Shown here piece after piece: positions 51,317 through 60,511 of a stretch of 64,000 bases of DNA. This DNA is from Bacteroidetes bacterium B1(2017). GTDB lineage: Bacteria > Bacteroidota > Bacteroidia > UKL13-3. The notes beneath the pieces were generated by a model. That model searched no databases and was not told the DNA's origin. It was given only the letters and a program-made list of their open reading frames with translations. The position numbers and the translations under genes were made by a program. Each line of letters starts with the position of its first letter. Position 1 is the stretch's first letter. The stretch is from contig NKJG01000002.1 in assembly GCA_002256395.1 (NCBI GenBank), positions 209,098 to 273,097 on the forward strand. The letters are read 5' to 3'.

Positions 51317-52004
51317 TTTCCTTTAGTAGTTTATTGGTTTGAACTTTCCCCGCTTCGCATCGAATAATATTGGCAGGGTATTTATCTATAATTCTATAAT
51401 CATGGGTTGCCATTACTACTGCAGTTCCCGTTTTACAAATTTGATGGAGTAGGGTTAAAATGTCGTCACTCGTTTTAGGATCAAGATTTCCTGTAGGTTC
51501 GTCTGCTAAAATAAGTTCTGGTTTATTTAGCAGGGCTCTTGCTATAGCCACTCTTTGTTGCTCGCCACCACTCAACTCAAAAGGCATTTTATGGGCTTTG
51601 GTTGAAAGTCCAACAAGTTGTAAAACTTCTTTAATACGTTGGTCTATTTCAGAATCATTTTTCCAACCTGTTGCTTTTAACACAAAGTTCAAATTTTCGA
51701 ACACATCTCTATCAAAAAGTAATTGAAAATCTTGGAACACTACTCCAATTTTTCTTCTTAACTGTGGTATTTGGTTCTTTTTCAAGGAGCCTAAATCAAA
51801 TCCTACAATAGAGCCAATGCCTTTAACAACAGGTAATTCTCCATAAAGAACCTTAAGTAAAGAGCTTTTACCACTGCCTGTTGTACCAATAAGATATACA
51901 AATTCACCAGCAGAAATAGATAAGTTTATTTCAGATAATATCAAATTATCTTGTTGAAACACACTCACATCATTCAATGTTATTAGAGGATTGTTATCAG
52001 TCAT
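51297..52004 (-). CDS. ftsE: Cell-division ABC ATPase FtsE
   Basis: 235 aa with Walker [19 protein letters not shown] and [11 protein letters not shown]. FtsE-like length. Confidence 0.8.
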   Translation of the reverse strand: MTDNNPLITLNDVSVFQQDNLILSEINLSISAGEFVYLIGTTGSGKSSLLKVLYGELPVVKGIGSIVGFDLGSLKKNQIPQLRRKIGVVFQDFQLLFDRDVFENLNFVLKATGWKNDSEIDQRIKEVLQLVGLSTKAHKMPFELSGGEQQRVAIARALLNKPELILADEPTGNLDPKTSDDILTLLHQICKTGTAVVMATHDYRIIDKYPANIIRCEAGKVQTNKLLKETNSGVE

Positions 52005-52206
52005 GTAATTCTAATTTGGTCATTTTCCCAAAGGGAATAGTATTCATTAATTCAAGGATTTTAGGAATGTTCTTTCCAAGGCCACATTTCTCTAAGGCCT
52101 TTTCTGGTCTATCGGTGCGAGTGTAGGCAATAAGAGTGAAGTTATCATCTCTGACTTGCAGGTAATCTGGGATTTTTGCCTTTCCTCTAATTTTAATTAT
52201 ATACAA
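51997..52206 (-). CDS. Small hypothetical protein translationally coupled to ftsE
   Basis: 69 aa. It overlaps the ftsE start by 8 nt. Confidence 0.3.
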   Translation of the reverse strand: MYIIKIRGKAKIPDYLQVRDDNFTLIAYTRTDRPEKALEKCGLGKNIPKILELMNTIPFGKMTKLELHD

Positions 52207-52273
52207 AATATGAGAATTATTTTTTTATTGTTTGATTCAATGCCTTATAATTGCGCAACAAAAATAAATAACA

Positions 52274-54004
52274 ATGAAGGATTTTTTCCAAAAAGTTCTA
52301 CCAATCAGTTTAGCCACTTCAGTTTTTTTAGCCGCCTGTAGTGGACCAAATTTCACAAAGAACAACTATTCAGTTACGCCAAACCCATTAGAAATGAGAG
52401 GCGATTCTGTAAGCGTTGTGATTAATGGTAATGTGCCACAAAAATCAATGAAAGCCAGCGCCCTGGTTACATTTCAACCTTATTTAAAAACCAAGGATGG
52501 AAAAGAAATTGCACTTAAAAGTGTAACAGTTAAAGGCGAAAAAGCTAAAGGATCGGCAGATTACACTGTAAATTCAAAATCGGGAGGTTCTGTTACGTAT
52601 AGTGACAAAATTCCTTATACTGCCGATTTGAAAAATGTAAAATTGTATCCACGTTTTAGCTATAATGGAAAAGCACTTAAAGTGCCTGATAGCATTATGG
52701 TTGTTGGTACTATTACCACTGCGGGTATGTTAAAATACTCAAATGAATTTCAAAGTGGAACAGATTCTTACCAGCCTGAAATCAGTAATAAATCGGTGAA
52801 TATTTACTTCCCAATGGATGTGGATAAGTTCAATCCGAACTTTAAAGTAGGAAAAACTCTTAGCAATAAAGGTCAGATTGCCGAATTGAAGAAGTTATTG
52901 AAGAAAGATCCAAATTGGATTATTAGAGGAATATCTATTAATGCATATGCATCTCCAGATGGAGAATTAGAAAGAAATAGTAATCTATCTAAAGGAAGAT
53001 CATCTTCTACATTTGCTTATTTCAGAAAAGAGTTAAAGAAATTAGGCTTCTCGGAAGTGAATGATAGTAACTTTAGCATGGGCTATATGTTGGCTGAAGA
53101 TTGGAAAGGTTATGCAACTGAACTTGCTGCCTCTACTTTAGCTGATAAAGATGCTATGATTGCTATTGTAAACAACTCTAATATTAGCGACGACGAGCGT
53201 GAATCTCAATTGCGCAAGAACTATGAGAAATCGTGGAAGAAATCGGCTGAGACTATTTTACCTAAATTACGTAAATCAGAATTAGTTGTAATTGGTAACA
53301 AACCATTTAAAACTGAAGCTGAATTAGTTACTTTTTATGGTAAATATGATCAATTAAATAATACTGAATTGTACCATTTAGCAATTATTACTACTGACCT
53401 TAAACAAAAAGAAGCCGTTTTAATTGCTTATACAATGAAGGTTGCTGATGATTGGAAAGGTTTTAATGATTTAGCCGTTGTTAATCTTCAAACGAATAAT
53501 TTGAATGATGCAACAACTAATTTAAATAAAGCCAATGAACTAAGCGCTAATAATGGTACTGTATTAGCAAATATGGGTGCTTTAGCTCGCGCAAAAGGAG
53601 ACAATGTTACCGCTAGATCTTTCTACCAAAAAGCTGCTGATAATGGAGCTAATACCTATTATAACTTAGGTGTATTTGATGTTAAAGCTGGTAATTATGC
53701 TTCAGCTGTAAGTAACTTTGGAAAAAGTGGTAAATCTGATTTCAATACCGCTTTAGCTCAATTATTAAATGGTGATGCAAATGGTGCAAAAACTACAATT
53801 GATAATTTGAATGTTGACGAATTAACTTGGGAACACTATTACCTACGTGCCATTTGTGGTGCTAGAATGAATAACCAAGATGTTTGTACAACTAATTTGG
53901 TTCAGGCTGTGAGCAAAAATTCAGCTGCAAGAACGATGGCAAAAGATGATGTTGAGTTTTTGAAATTCTTCAAAAACCCATTGTTTGAAGCTGCAATTCG
54001 TTAA
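52274..54004 (+). CDS. Hypothetical lipoprotein with C-terminal TPR-like region
   Basis: 576 aa with a lipobox (FLAACSG). The C-terminal ~170 aa are Ala/Asn-rich TPR-like. Confidence 0.4.
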   Translation: MKDFFQKVLPISLATSVFLAACSGPNFTKNNYSVTPNPLEMRGDSVSVVINGNVPQKSMKASALVTFQPYLKTKDGKEIALKSVTVKGEKAKGSADYTVNSKSGGSVTYSDKIPYTADLKNVKLYPRFSYNGKALKVPDSIMVVGTITTAGMLKYSNEFQSGTDSYQPEISNKSVNIYFPMDVDKFNPNFKVGKTLSNKGQIAELKKLLKKDPNWIIRGISINAYASPDGELERNSNLSKGRSSSTFAYFRKELKKLGFSEVNDSNFSMGYMLAEDWKGYATELAASTLADKDAMIAIVNNSNISDDERESQLRKNYEKSWKKSAETILPKLRKSELVVIGNKPFKTEAELVTFYGKYDQLNNTELYHLAIITTDLKQKEAVLIAYTMKVADDWKGFNDLAVVNLQTNNLNDATTNLNKANELSANNGTVLANMGALARAKGDNVTARSFYQKAADNGANTYYNLGVFDVKAGNYASAVSNFGKSGKSDFNTALAQLLNGDANGAKTTIDNLNVDELTWEHYYLRAICGARMNNQDVCTTNLVQAVSKNSAARTMAKDDVEFLKFFKNPLFEAAIR

Positions 54005-54023
54005 TAAAAATAAAATTTATTTT

Positions 54024-54058
54024 AAAACCCCGGAGCAAAAACTTCGGGGTTTTTTGTT
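54024..54058 (+). terminator. Rho-independent terminator
   Basis: aaaaccccgga..ttcggggtttttt: a GC-rich stem followed by a T-run. Confidence 0.6.
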
Positions 54059-54087
54059 TTTTTGTACCCTCAATTGCTAATTTTTCG

Positions 54088-55080
54088 ATGATAAACCATC
54101 CAGAAGTATTCCAATCGGCTTTAGATTTTTCACCTGATGGAATAATGATATATGACAGTCAAGGTAAGATTTTATTTTGCAATCAATCTATTTGTAACCA
54201 ATTAGGTTTTCATAAATTAGAAATACTGCACCAAAATATTAGAAACTTTGTGGCACCTAATTTTATTGAAAAGCTTGATAACGTTTGGCAGAACATAGAA
54301 CAAATTCCCAATCAGGAATTTGATTACGAAAAATTACTTCTAACCAAAAAAGGGGAGTTTATACTTTTTACAGTAAGTAGTAAATTGATTTTATTGGATA
54401 AGCAAGTATTTCGGGTTAGCTTTTATAAAAACGAATTGGTTCAGAAAAAGCAACATGCTGAATTACTTGAAACCACAAAAAGAATAAATGAATACTCTTT
54501 CTTAACATCCCACAAACTGCGTCATCCCATTGCAAATATGCTTGGTTTGGTAAATTTATTAGACACTAATAATTTGGCAAATCCAGAAAACTTAATGCTT
54601 ATCGATTACCTAAAACAAGCATCCTATCAGTTAAATGAGGTTGTTCATGAGTTAAATAATTCTCTTAATTCATCAAAATTCAAAGACGAATTAAACATCT
54701 TCCCCAAAAATGACAGGGCAAAAGTTGTTATGCTAGTGGATGATGACTCGATCAATCACTTTATTACCAAGTCAATTATTGGAAGGACAGACCCTTCAAT
54801 TTTGGTGTTATCATTTAATAATCCAAAAAATGCATTGCTTTATTTGGAGGCAAATACGAGTATGCCGGATTTGATTTTATTGGATTTGGGGTTGAAATGG
54901 ATGACTGAATGGGACTTCATGGATGAGTTTCAAAAATTAGAAATCAACCCCGTACCTATGTATGTATTCCGCAATTTTGTGGATACCGTGGATAAGGTTA
55001 GCAGCAAACAATTTCCTGGTTTTAAGGATTTTATCATAAAACCAATTACCACAGAAAAGCTAGAAGCTATTTTTATTTAA
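54088..55080 (+). CDS. PAS - HisKA(DHp) - receiver signalling protein lacking an HATPase_c domain
   Basis: 330 aa. It has an N-terminal PAS-like region, the DHp phospho-acceptor SHKLRHPIANMLG, and a C-terminal REC (..VMLVDDD.., ..LILLDLGL..). No ATP-binding G1/G2 boxes are present. Confidence 0.5.
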   Translation: MINHPEVFQSALDFSPDGIMIYDSQGKILFCNQSICNQLGFHKLEILHQNIRNFVAPNFIEKLDNVWQNIEQIPNQEFDYEKLLLTKKGEFILFTVSSKLILLDKQVFRVSFYKNELVQKKQHAELLETTKRINEYSFLTSHKLRHPIANMLGLVNLLDTNNLANPENLMLIDYLKQASYQLNEVVHELNNSLNSSKFKDELNIFPKNDRAKVVMLVDDDSINHFITKSIIGRTDPSILVLSFNNPKNALLYLEANTSMPDLILLDLGLKWMTEWDFMDEFQKLEINPVPMYVFRNFVDTVDKVSSKQFPGFKDFIIKPITTEKLEAIFI

Positions 55081-55170
55081 GAAGGTTTAGCCTTTTTCCA
55101 CAGGATTGTGCAAAACCCACCATAAAGTTATAGTCTATCTCTGCGTATCTTGGCATCTTAAATTAAGCGT

Positions 55171-57051
55171 ATGGCAGAAGAAGTTGTAAATTATGACGAG
55201 AGCAGTATTCGCTCATTAGATTGGCGTGAACATATTAGGCTTAGGCCAGGTATGTATATAGGTAAACTGGGCGATGGTAGCGCCATGGATGATGGTATTT
55301 ATATCCTATTAAAGGAAATAATAGACAACTCTATTGATGAGTTTGTAATGGGCAATGGCAGGCAAATTGATATAAAAATTTTAGACAACAGAGCCTATAT
55401 TAGAGATTATGGTAGAGGTATTCCTCTTGGAAAAGTTATTGAATGTGTTTCTCAAATTAATACTGGCGGTAAATACGACTCCGCCGCTTTTAAGAAGTCT
55501 GTTGGATTAAATGGAGTTGGAACCAAGGCTGTAAATGCCTTATCTGCAAATTTTAAGGTTCAATCATTTAGAGATGGAAAGTGTAAAATAGCCGAATTTG
55601 AAAAAGGACATTTAGTTAAAGACCATAAACTGCAAGATACTATTGAGCCAAATGGAACTTCGATAAGTTTTGTTGCGGATGATACCATTTTTAAGCACTT
55701 CAAGTATATTAACGAGTATATTGAAAATATGCTTTGGAATTACGTGTATTTGAATGCCGGATTAACCATTTGGTTCAATGATAAAAAGTACTTTTCAAAA
55801 GATGGTTTATTGGATTTATTAAAGCGTAAAACAAATGAAGAAGCTTTAAGGTATCCAATTATTCACTTAAGAGGAGAAGACATTGAAGTTGCCATTACGC
55901 ATGAAAATCAATATGGCGAAGAGTATTATAGCTTTGTTAACGGGCAACATACCACCCAAGGTGGAACGCATTTAAATGCGTTTAGAGAAGCATTTGCCAA
56001 AACGGTAAGGGATTTTTATAAGAAGGATTTTGATTTGGCTGATATACGTGCCAGCATTATTGCTGCAGTAAGTATCCGCGTTCAAGAACCTGTTTTCGAA
56101 AGTCAAACCAAAACCAAACTTGGTTCACAAAACATGGCACCAACCGAATCGCCTAGTGTGAAGCAGTTTGTTATGGATTTTATGAAGAAAAGTTTAGACG
56201 ATTTTCTTCATAAACATCCCGAGGTTGCAGATGCCCTTCAAAGAAGGATTAACCAAAGTGAACGTGAGCGCAAGGAAATGGCAGGTATTAAAAAGCTTGC
56301 AAACGACCGCGCGAAAAAGGCTAACCTACATAATAAAAAATTGCGCGACTGTCGCTACCATTATAATGATGGAAAAGATGAGCGTAGGTTTGAAACAACT
56401 TTGTTTATTACAGAAGGGGATTCGGCAAGTGGTTCAATTACCAAAAGCAGAAATGTAGAGCTTCAAGCTGTATTTAGTTTACGTGGTAAACCATTAAATA
56501 GTTATGGCTTAACCAAGAAAATTGTTTACGAAAACGAAGAATTTAACTTGCTTCAACATGCTTTAAATATTGAAGAAAGTATTGAAGATTTAAGATACAA
56601 TAGAATTGTTGTGGCAACTGATGCCGATGTGGATGGAATGCATATTCGTTTATTACTACTCACATTTTTCTTGCAATTCTTCCCTGATCTAGCGAAAAAC
56701 GGACATATTTTTATTTTAGAAACTCCATTATTTAGGGTTCGAAACAAACAAAAAACCTTTTATTGCTATACCGAACAAGAAAAGCACGATGCTATACGAC
56801 AATTAGGTGCTAGACCTGAAATAACCCGATTTAAAGGTCTTGGCGAGATCTCTCCAGATGAATTTGGATTGTTTATTGGAGATGATATGCGCTTACAACC
56901 TGTTGTTTTAACACCAGATATGCCAATACAAAAAATGTTGGAATATTATATGGGTAAAAACACCATGGATAGACAAGCCTTTATCATTGATAATTTAAGA
57001 ATTGAAAAAGATACGGTAATTGAAGAAACGGAGGAAGAGGAATTAGTATAA
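55171..57051 (+). CDS. parE: Type IIA topoisomerase B subunit, most likely topoisomerase IV subunit B (ParE)
   Basis: 626 aa. It has a GHKL ATPase N-domain (..IIDNSIDE..), a TOPRIM domain (..ITEGDSASG..) and the ..LGEISP.. motif. It is shorter than typical GyrB. The assignment ParE versus GyrB is by length/pattern only. Confidence 0.6.
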   Translation: MAEEVVNYDESSIRSLDWREHIRLRPGMYIGKLGDGSAMDDGIYILLKEIIDNSIDEFVMGNGRQIDIKILDNRAYIRDYGRGIPLGKVIECVSQINTGGKYDSAAFKKSVGLNGVGTKAVNALSANFKVQSFRDGKCKIAEFEKGHLVKDHKLQDTIEPNGTSISFVADDTIFKHFKYINEYIENMLWNYVYLNAGLTIWFNDKKYFSKDGLLDLLKRKTNEEALRYPIIHLRGEDIEVAITHENQYGEEYYSFVNGQHTTQGGTHLNAFREAFAKTVRDFYKKDFDLADIRASIIAAVSIRVQEPVFESQTKTKLGSQNMAPTESPSVKQFVMDFMKKSLDDFLHKHPEVADALQRRINQSERERKEMAGIKKLANDRAKKANLHNKKLRDCRYHYNDGKDERRFETTLFITEGDSASGSITKSRNVELQAVFSLRGKPLNSYGLTKKIVYENEEFNLLQHALNIEESIEDLRYNRIVVATDADVDGMHIRLLLLTFFLQFFPDLAKNGHIFILETPLFRVRNKQKTFYCYTEQEKHDAIRQLGARPEITRFKGLGEISPDEFGLFIGDDMRLQPVVLTPDMPIQKMLEYYMGKNTMDRQAFIIDNLRIEKDTVIEETEEEELV

Positions 57052-57087
57052 ATGTAAAGCCCGAGTGATAAAAACATTCGGGCTTTT

Positions 57088-57933
57088 TTATGCTAGGATT
57101 CGTTTCTCTCCACAGTATACATTGAACCTATTATCCCTCAAAAATCCTATTAAGGTAATATCATTTTCTTTGGCTAAATCTACAGCCAAACTACTTGGTG
57201 CACCAACAGCCGCCACTAAAGAAATCCCTGCCATTGCTGCCTTTTGAAGTAATTCAAAACTTGCTCGTCCGCTTAACAATAAAATACTTTCTTTAAATTG
57301 GTTTTGGTTCGAACCAAGAATTGCTCCAATGAGTTTATCTAAGGCATTGTGCCTACCAACATCTTCTCTACTAAGTATAAAATTTCCGTCTTTTGAAAAT
57401 AGAGCACAGCCATGTAATCCTCCGGTATAGGTAAATACTTGTTGGTGTTCTTGTAAGGTTTTTGGCAAACTTAATAGGAGGGGACTAGCTACTAAAAACA
57501 GCTCTTTCTCTGTCTTGTCGCATTGTTGAAAAACCGCTTCAATACTAGCTTTTCCGCAAACGCCGCAACTTGAGGTGGTATAAAAATTCCGTTGAATAGA
57601 ATCTAGATTTATATCTACATTTTCATTTAATTCAACTCGTACAATATTGAAATTATTTTCTAAAGTATTTAGTTCGGTGCAATATTGAATGCTGGAAATT
57701 TCAGTAGAATTTTTAACAATACCTTCAGTAAAAAGAAAGCCCAAAGCCAATTCAAAATCATTGCCTGGGGTACGCATAGTAACAGAAATTTTCTTCTGTT
57801 GTCTATTTTCTTTTGAACCAAAACCTAAACGAATTTCAAGAGGCTCTTCAACGGCAAGTAAATCTTCCTTGTAAGTAACTTCGCCATTTTCAATTCTCAT
57901 TAGGCGCGTGGCAGCAACAGCAGGCTTGTTCAT
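57088..57933 (-). CDS. fdhD: Formate dehydrogenase accessory sulfurtransferase FdhD
   Basis: 281 aa with an FdhD-like pattern (..EEPLEIRL.., conserved Cys in ..TSSCGVCGK..). Confidence 0.75.
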   Translation of the reverse strand: MNKPAVAATRLMRIENGEVTYKEDLLAVEEPLEIRLGFGSKENRQQKKISVTMRTPGNDFELALGFLFTEGIVKNSTEISSIQYCTELNTLENNFNIVRVELNENVDINLDSIQRNFYTTSSCGVCGKASIEAVFQQCDKTEKELFLVASPLLLSLPKTLQEHQQVFTYTGGLHGCALFSKDGNFILSREDVGRHNALDKLIGAILGSNQNQFKESILLLSGRASFELLQKAAMAGISLVAAVGAPSSLAVDLAKENDITLIGFLRDNRFNVYCGEKRILA

Positions 57934-57936
57934 AAA

Positions 57937-60348
57937 TTACTTTACAATAAAGGTTTGTGTAAGTTTACCTTTTTCATCCTCAAATAAAATAGTATAGGCA
58001 CCTTTTTGCCAGTTGCCTGTTTGAATCTCCATTTGAGTATCTGATTTAGAAACCTTGTGTTCGATAATTAAGACTGCATTCATTGTAAAAACAGAAAATT
58101 TACCTGTCCCGTGATTTGCTGGAAGTTGAATGTTTATTGCTCCATCAGTGGGGTTCGGGTATACAATTAACTTACGGGCACCTTCATTTGGTTCAGCTTT
58201 TATACCAGCACGAATATCATAAACACCAAAAACATAATCTCCTTTTTTTAGATTATTTACCCAAAACCTACCTGTTTTATCGATTTTACTTGGCCCCATT
58301 TGTTTAGTTAAATCGGTTTCTACCACAAAAGGAGATTCAGCATCCTTACGAAATAATAAAACCAAGCTATCTTCCAACCCAGAAATTAGTTCATTGTCTA
58401 AATAGCCAGTATTGGTGGCACTTGGAGTACTGCCATCGTAATTAAAGAAGGCTGTTGCTTTAAATTGATCATTCCATAAGCCATCAATATTCCAATAGCG
58501 TTCACCAGAAATTCTAATTCCTACCGGTAATTGTTTTGAACCAATCCATGGTTGAGCAAAATGATGTTGGATGAAAAAATAGGTTGAATCAGAATTAATT
58601 TGTGGCGTTATAGTTAACAATACATTTGCAAATGTCTTAGGTGTAGTACCTTTTACCCATTCTTTTTGAGTACTGGCGCCATTCATAGTACCTTGATTAA
58701 TTCCAATTTTAAAATTTGTAATTGTAAGATTTCCGGTACTAATTGCAAGCGAATAATCACCTGTTTGATTATTTCTATAAATAGGAGCATAATATTCATT
58801 CCATTGAGTACCTAAATTATATGAAACAAAAGCCCAAACCAATTCAGGAAGGTTAGTTTTATGTCTCGACATTAGTTGAAAAATGGCTTCACAGTTTTGT
58901 TTTCCATTATTATTAATCCTAATAAATTGCAGGTCGGTATGCCCTTTATCATAAATATACGAATTGAAAAATGCAGCTATCATTCCTCCAAATCGTTTTT
59001 CAAAATGTGCCTGTAAATCAGAAGTGGAAACATCTTTAAATCTATTAGCCGCCAAATAAGTTTTAACGGTATTAAAGAAAGCAGTATCATTATTAATTAG
59101 CATTCGAAGACTATGTACCATAAGACTCCCTTTGGTGTACACATGGGTTCCATATGTTTGTGCTAAAGGCACGCCCGATACTGGTTTGTAGCCCTTATCT
59201 CTTACATGAGCCCACCTTAAAACCTCAAATAGTTCTGAATTCATTTTTTCTTCATAGGTAGCTTTTCCATATACACATTCTAAAAACAAGGCCTCGCAAT
59301 AACTTGCCCAACCTTCGTTTAGCCACATATCACTTGCAGTGCGAGTAGTAACTAAATTCCCGAACCAATGATGTGACAACTCATGCGCCATTAAGGTTTC
59401 GTAATTTGTTGAACCATCAACTGCATATAATGGAAAAGAAATATTGCAGGCATGTTCCATGGCGCCAGAGGTAAAAGGCACTCCAACATAACCAACTCTA
59501 TCAAATAGATAAGGGCCAAATTTAGATTCAAAGCAACTTAAGGCATCGTTTAATTTAGCAAAGGATGCTTTTGCTTTTAGGGTATCGGCAGCCGAAACAG
59601 CTAATGAAATTGGTATGTTACGTGCAATTCCTGAATAGGAGCTGTTAATTAATACATATTTACTAACAGCTACATTAGCAATATAGGTTGGAATACTTTG
59701 GTTTAAATGCCAATTCCAAGTTATTGATCCATTTCCATTTATAGTTGCAGGGTCTTGCAAACCGCTACAAACCGCCATAAAACCAGTATCTGTTGTGATA
59801 TGGAATTCATATTTTGCTCTGTCTGTAAAATTATCAATACATGGAAACCAGCAACGACCAAAATTCGGTGGGTTAGAAGCCATGCCGACACCCATGTTAA
59901 AAGCATAGTTTCCATTAAAGAAAAACCCGCCCCAACGGGCATCTTTAACAGGAGAGCCAGCATAAGATACCTCTAAATTAATTGAGTCTCCTTTTTGGAA
60001 GGATTCTGTAAGATTAATATGGAGTGTGGAATCTGTTTGAGAAAAATAAGTATTCTTATTATTACACAAAACCTGGCTTACTGGTAGATTTTGAAGGTCA
60101 AGAACTAAGCTGCGTGTTTGATTAAACAAGGCGGTACAATTTATCTTACACGTACCTTGAATTTGCTTACTAGTTATGTTTTGCAAATTGACATGGATAT
60201 TGTAATAGTAAACGTCCACAGAGTCAACACGTTGAGCCCATGAATTTGACAAATTAAAAAGTGAAATTAGTGCGATTAAGATACGCGTATAAGTACTATT
60301 CATATTGGACCAAATATAAAAGAAAAAATACGACAATTTATTATCCAC
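57937..60348 (-). CDS. M1-family aminopeptidase with T9SS C-terminal sorting domain
   Basis: 803 aa with a signal peptide. It has HELSHHWFGNLVT (HExxH) and a downstream ..WLNEGWASY.. The C-terminal ..LIVYPNPTDGAINIQ... tail is a Por secretion tail. Confidence 0.8.
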   Translation of the reverse strand: MDNKLSYFFFYIWSNMNSTYTRILIALISLFNLSNSWAQRVDSVDVYYYNIHVNLQNITSKQIQGTCKINCTALFNQTRSLVLDLQNLPVSQVLCNNKNTYFSQTDSTLHINLTESFQKGDSINLEVSYAGSPVKDARWGGFFFNGNYAFNMGVGMASNPPNFGRCWFPCIDNFTDRAKYEFHITTDTGFMAVCSGLQDPATINGNGSITWNWHLNQSIPTYIANVAVSKYVLINSSYSGIARNIPISLAVSAADTLKAKASFAKLNDALSCFESKFGPYLFDRVGYVGVPFTSGAMEHACNISFPLYAVDGSTNYETLMAHELSHHWFGNLVTTRTASDMWLNEGWASYCEALFLECVYGKATYEEKMNSELFEVLRWAHVRDKGYKPVSGVPLAQTYGTHVYTKGSLMVHSLRMLINNDTAFFNTVKTYLAANRFKDVSTSDLQAHFEKRFGGMIAAFFNSYIYDKGHTDLQFIRINNNGKQNCEAIFQLMSRHKTNLPELVWAFVSYNLGTQWNEYYAPIYRNNQTGDYSLAISTGNLTITNFKIGINQGTMNGASTQKEWVKGTTPKTFANVLLTITPQINSDSTYFFIQHHFAQPWIGSKQLPVGIRISGERYWNIDGLWNDQFKATAFFNYDGSTPSATNTGYLDNELISGLEDSLVLLFRKDAESPFVVETDLTKQMGPSKIDKTGRFWVNNLKKGDYVFGVYDIRAGIKAEPNEGARKLIVYPNPTDGAINIQLPANHGTGKFSVFTMNAVLIIEHKVSKSDTQMEIQTGNWQKGAYTILFEDEKGKLTQTFIVK

Positions 60349-60430
60349 AAATAAGCATTTTTATGTGGGAATTTTATGCCTAAAAATCGGCCTAAATACC
60401 ATATTTTGCAATGGTTTATATATCGGTACA

Positions 60431-60448
60431 AACAGGTCGAGACCTGTT
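60431..60448. promoter_or_regulatory. Palindrome AACAGGTC-GA-GACCTGTT upstream of gyrA
   Basis: Two 8-bp perfect inverted arms with a 2-bp spacer, ~65 bp upstream of the gyrA start. Confidence 0.3.
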
Positions 60449-60511
60449 CTAATATTATTATATAAAAAGAAGTAAAAAAAGGCAGGCTAACACCTGTACA
60501 ATAAATAGATT

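Noticed and set aside
51297-52004. ftsE without an adjacent ftsX
   Set aside because: ftsX is frequently unlinked from ftsE in Bacteroidota. The adjacent genes are well explained (glycosyltransferase, small coupled ORF). It is not evidence of anything unusual by itself.
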